64,000 bases of DNA from Macrostomum hystrix (lineage: Eukaryota > Animalia > Platyhelminthes): the NCBI GenBank assembly GCA_950097015.1, contig CATNEN010000034.1, forward strand, positions 5,828,001 through 5,892,000, written 5' to 3'. The translations under genes were made by a program, and so were the position numbers. The notes below the pieces were generated by a model. The model saw only the letters and a program-made list of their open reading frames with translations, was not told the origin of the DNA and ran no database searches. Shown one piece after another: positions 59,895-64,000 of this stretch (within the stretch, counting starts at the first letter, position 1; every line of letters begins with the position of its first letter).

Positions 59895-61915
59895 ATGTCT
59901 TGACTATCGATTCTTATATCCCGAGACTATCGATTCTTATATCCCTAGACTATCGATTATTATATCCCTAGACTATCGATTCTTATATATCCCTAGACTA
60001 TCGATTCTTATATCCCTAGACTATCGATTCTTATCCCTAGACTATCGATTTCTTTATCCTTAGACTAACGATTCCTATATCCCTAGACTAACGATTCCTA
60101 TATCCCTAGACTATCGATTCCTATATCCTTAGACTAACGATTCCTTTATCCCTAGACTATCGATTCCTATATCCTTAGACTAGCGATTCCTTTATCCCTA
60201 GACTAACGATTCCTTTATCCCTTGACTAACGATTCCTTCATCCCTTGACTAACGATTCCTTCATCCCTAGACTAACGATTCCTATATCCCTAGACTAACG
60301 ATTCCTTTATCCCTAGACTAACGATTCCTATATCCCTAGACTAACGATTCCTTTATCCATAGACTATCGATTCCTATATCCCTAGAGCCTAGACTAACGA
60401 TTCCTTTATCCATAGACTAACGATTCTTATCTCCCTAGACTATCGATTCTTATATCCCTAGACTATCGATTCTTATATCCCTAGACTATCGATTCTTAAT
60501 CCCTAGACTATCGATTCTTATATCCCTAGACTAACGATTCCTATATCCCTAGACTATCGATTCCTATATCCTTAGACTAACGATTCCTTTATCCCTAGAC
60601 TATCGATTCCTATATCCTTAGACTAGCGATTCCTTTATCCCTAGACTAACGATTCCTTTATCCCTTGACTAACGATTCCTTTATCCCTTGACTAACGATT
60701 CCTTCATCCCTAGACTAACGATTCCTATATCCCTAGACTAACGATTCCTTTATCCCTAGACTAACGATTCCTATATCCCTAGACTAACGATTCCTTTATC
60801 CATAGACTATCGATTCCTATATCCCTAGACTAACGATTCCTTTATCCATAGACTAACGATTCTTATCTCCCTAGACTATCGATTCTTATATCCCTACACT
60901 ATCGATTCTTATATCCCTAGACTATCGATTCTTAATCCCTAGACTATCGATTCTTATATCCCTAGACTATCGATTTCTTTATCCCTAGACTAACGATTCC
61001 TATATCCTTAGACTAACGATTCCTATATCCCTAGACTAACGATTCCTATATCCCTAGACTATCGATTCCTATATCCTTAGACTAACGATTCCTTTATCCC
61101 TAGACTATCGATTCCTATATCCTTAGACTAACGATTCCTTTATCCCTAGACTATCGATTCTTATATCCCTAGACTATCGATTCCTATATCCTTAGACTAA
61201 CGATTCCTTTATCCCTAGACTAACGATTCCTTTATCCATAGACTAACGATTCCTTTATCCCTAGACTAACGATTCCTATATCCTTAGACTAACGATTCCT
61301 ATATCCCTAGACTAACGATTCCTATATCCCTAGACTATCGATTCCTATATCCTTAGACTAACGATTCCTTTATCCCTAGACTATCGATTCCTATATCCTT
61401 AGACTAACGATTCCTTTATCCCTAGACTATCGATTCTTATATCCCTAGACTATCGATTCCTATATCCTTAGACTAACGATTCCTTTATCCCTAGACTAAC
61501 GATTCCTATATCCCTAGACTAACGATTCCTATATCCTTAGACTAACGATTCCTTTATCCCTAGACTAACGATTCCTTTATCCCTAGACTAACGATTCCTT
61601 TATCCCTAGACTAACGATTGCTTTATCCCTAGACTAACGATTCCTATATCCATAGACTAACGATTCCTTTATCCCTAGACTAACGATTGCTTTATCCCTA
61701 GACTATCGATTCCTATATCCATAGACTAACGATTCCTTTATCCCTAGACTAACGATTGCTTTATCCCTAGACTAACGACTCCTATATCCATAGACTAACG
61801 ATTGCTTTATCCCTGTACTTATGATTCCTTTATCCATAGACTATAGATTATTATATCCTTAGACCTTAGATTCTTATATCCCTAGACTATAGATTCTTAT
61901 ATCCCTAGACTATCT
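59895..61915. repeat. 23 bp minisatellite (ATCCCTAGACTAWCGATTCYTWT), ~88 copies, in the nuclear receptor intron
   Basis: Direct periodicity with higher-order block duplications. Confidence 0.96.
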
Positions 61916-64000
61916 ATTTAAGTTCCTGGGATCCCTAGATTTTCGGTTTCTAAATACTTTTTCCTAGAATGTTTTGCACTATTTAATCCCACTTATAGTT
62001 GCTATTCGCATCTGATTATCTTTCATTGGTCTCCCGACAATGAATACACTTTTTTCGCAGTTTATTAGCCACTTTGTATGCATTAACTCACTTCATAGGT
62101 AAGGCTAAGTGTTAGGTAGCTGGGACTATTGCAAACTGTCAGTAGCACGGCTCTCTACTCTCTCCGCATATAGAGTGTCTCAAAATCTGCTTCCGCTTGT
62201 GCACTTACGGGCTAAGTAGGATACTCAGACAGACAGCTCAGGGATTTATTTGCCTAATGGCCATCTGGGCTCCCATCGCCATCTAGTTTGCTGTTTGCGC
62301 GCGTCTAAATCTACTCAAAAGGCGCTTGGCAACAAAGCTTTGTGAATTTTCGTTTTATTTTTACCGACTTTTTCTGGCTTTCCTAGTCCATTTATTACTT
62401 ACGCTAATAATCTCTCTTCGTCTTCCCTCTCTAGTCGCATCTTTTTTGAAGCCCCTCTTCTGCATATGGCAGAAAGAAAAATTGAGATTACTTATGGGAA
62501 GTTATAAAAAACTCAAAGACGTTGTAGGCCAGGGAACGGAGGCCTTCTCTGATCCTTTAATATGTCCGCTCTTTTCATTTTAATGGTAACTTTCGTTCAG
62601 TTTTCTCTTTCCTTAACTAGTTGGCTTGAGAAAGACACTTTTTGGCCAGTTTTTTCGTGTTTTTTATTATTATTCATAAGTCTTAAATGCTGTTGTTTGT
62701 CACGACGTTCGATATTTAATACCTAAAAAATGAAAATGACATAAGGATTCAACAAGTAAAGCATATTAATTGAAAATGAAAAATTGTCTATGGACTGAAG
62801 CGAAGTCTCTAAGCGAAGCGGTTTCTAAATACTTTTTCCTAGAGCTTCCTGTTCCTTTTTCCTGTAGCTTCTTATCTGAAAGCTACACGACGGTAGGACG
62901 CATCGGACTATCATAACAACTAACTGACTGATAAAAAAACCGAAAAGTTAACAATTATTACGTCCCAAAAATAACGAATTCAAAATTATTCTATTGTATA
63001 TCGTTAAAACCTATCGTTTATTGCACCACACAATTCATTGATAAAAAGTGGGTAATGTAAGAATATATATACCGGCTATTGAGGGTACTAATGGCTGTGA
63101 CCGAGGACGCGCAGCGCGCAGCGCGTCATTGAGCAACGCTGGGATTCCCAGCGGTTCTGTTTGCACCATAGACATTCCACCAGGGTTTTAATGTCGTCCA
63201 TTAAAACCCATTAAAACCCCGAGCGAAGCCCGTAATACTGCCATAGACTAAACCCAGAGAACGGTTCTCGCTTCTTAAGAGGAGTGGGACTGTTGAGTGG
63301 ATCATCAGAGAATTTATTACGGAACCCATCGTCTCTTATATGTATAGCACTATATATACTCGTAGCATTGTGCAAAGATCATTGATTTTAGATCACTAAA
63401 ACAGTATTTCTCGAAGACAAAATAGCATTATTGACCACTGAAGAACTAAGGTTTTGAATCTGCTTAAATTGGCGTCAAAAGGACTCTGCTTAGTCGCAAT
63501 AATATCCACTTCAGATATTTGACTTTAGTACAGTCAAGTTTTTTTCGACTCTCTTGTGTACTTTTATCGAGTAATCAGTAAACAGCATTTTACGACAAAA
63601 ACTTTGAAGCATTTCTTTTCGAATAGGTTTTTCTATTGACCTGGAAGTGATTTTGACAAGGTTAATGTGTGGCTTTTATGGTCTGCTGTTGAAAAAAAAC
63701 GGTTGATTCGCTAAGAAATAGTCTAGAAGCAAACACTTGACATATAGTTTGATAAAAAACAGTTTTTATCAAAAACCCAGTGCATCAGAATGATACTTAG
63801 TGTAACACATCTGTCAGATATTGCATCCTTCAGAAGCGATAAATCTACCAATATATATTGCCTGTTTGTCACAAGGTCATGGCACAATTATATAACCTTA
63901 ATAACCTATAATACGCAGCAATATAATACTATGGCTTCTTGAGTGGCTGTATCGCGAAGGTGATATAATGAAGCTAGTGTAAGGAGTTTTACTGCTCAAG

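Overview
Eukaryotic (animal) genomic DNA with spliceosomal GT-AG introns packed with minisatellites; the style suggests a free-living flatworm such as Macrostomum (inference only). Genes reconstructed by hand from splice sites: COPS6/CSN6 (-, 3 exons); a ~1,920-aa C2H2 zinc-finger gene (-, 10 exons, ~27 fingers); TMEM231 (+, 5 exons); a secreted PAN/apple + fibrinogen-domain protein (+, 4 exons); a 4-repeat beta-thymosin (+, 2 exons); RAB18 (-, 5 exons, one apparent frameshift); an intronless class A peptide GPCR (-); and the first DNA-binding exon of an NR3/ERR-like nuclear receptor (+). Mobile DNA: a 5'-truncated RNase H LINE lacking its RT domain, a Helitron with both termini, a MITE, a MULE remnant and two tRNA-derived SINE families. 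The most notable unexplained structure is an array of 11 candidate box H/ACA guide RNAs (two families, 4 + 7 copies) in introns of the zinc-finger gene, supported by H and ACA boxes, pocket spacing and compensatory base changes between copies.
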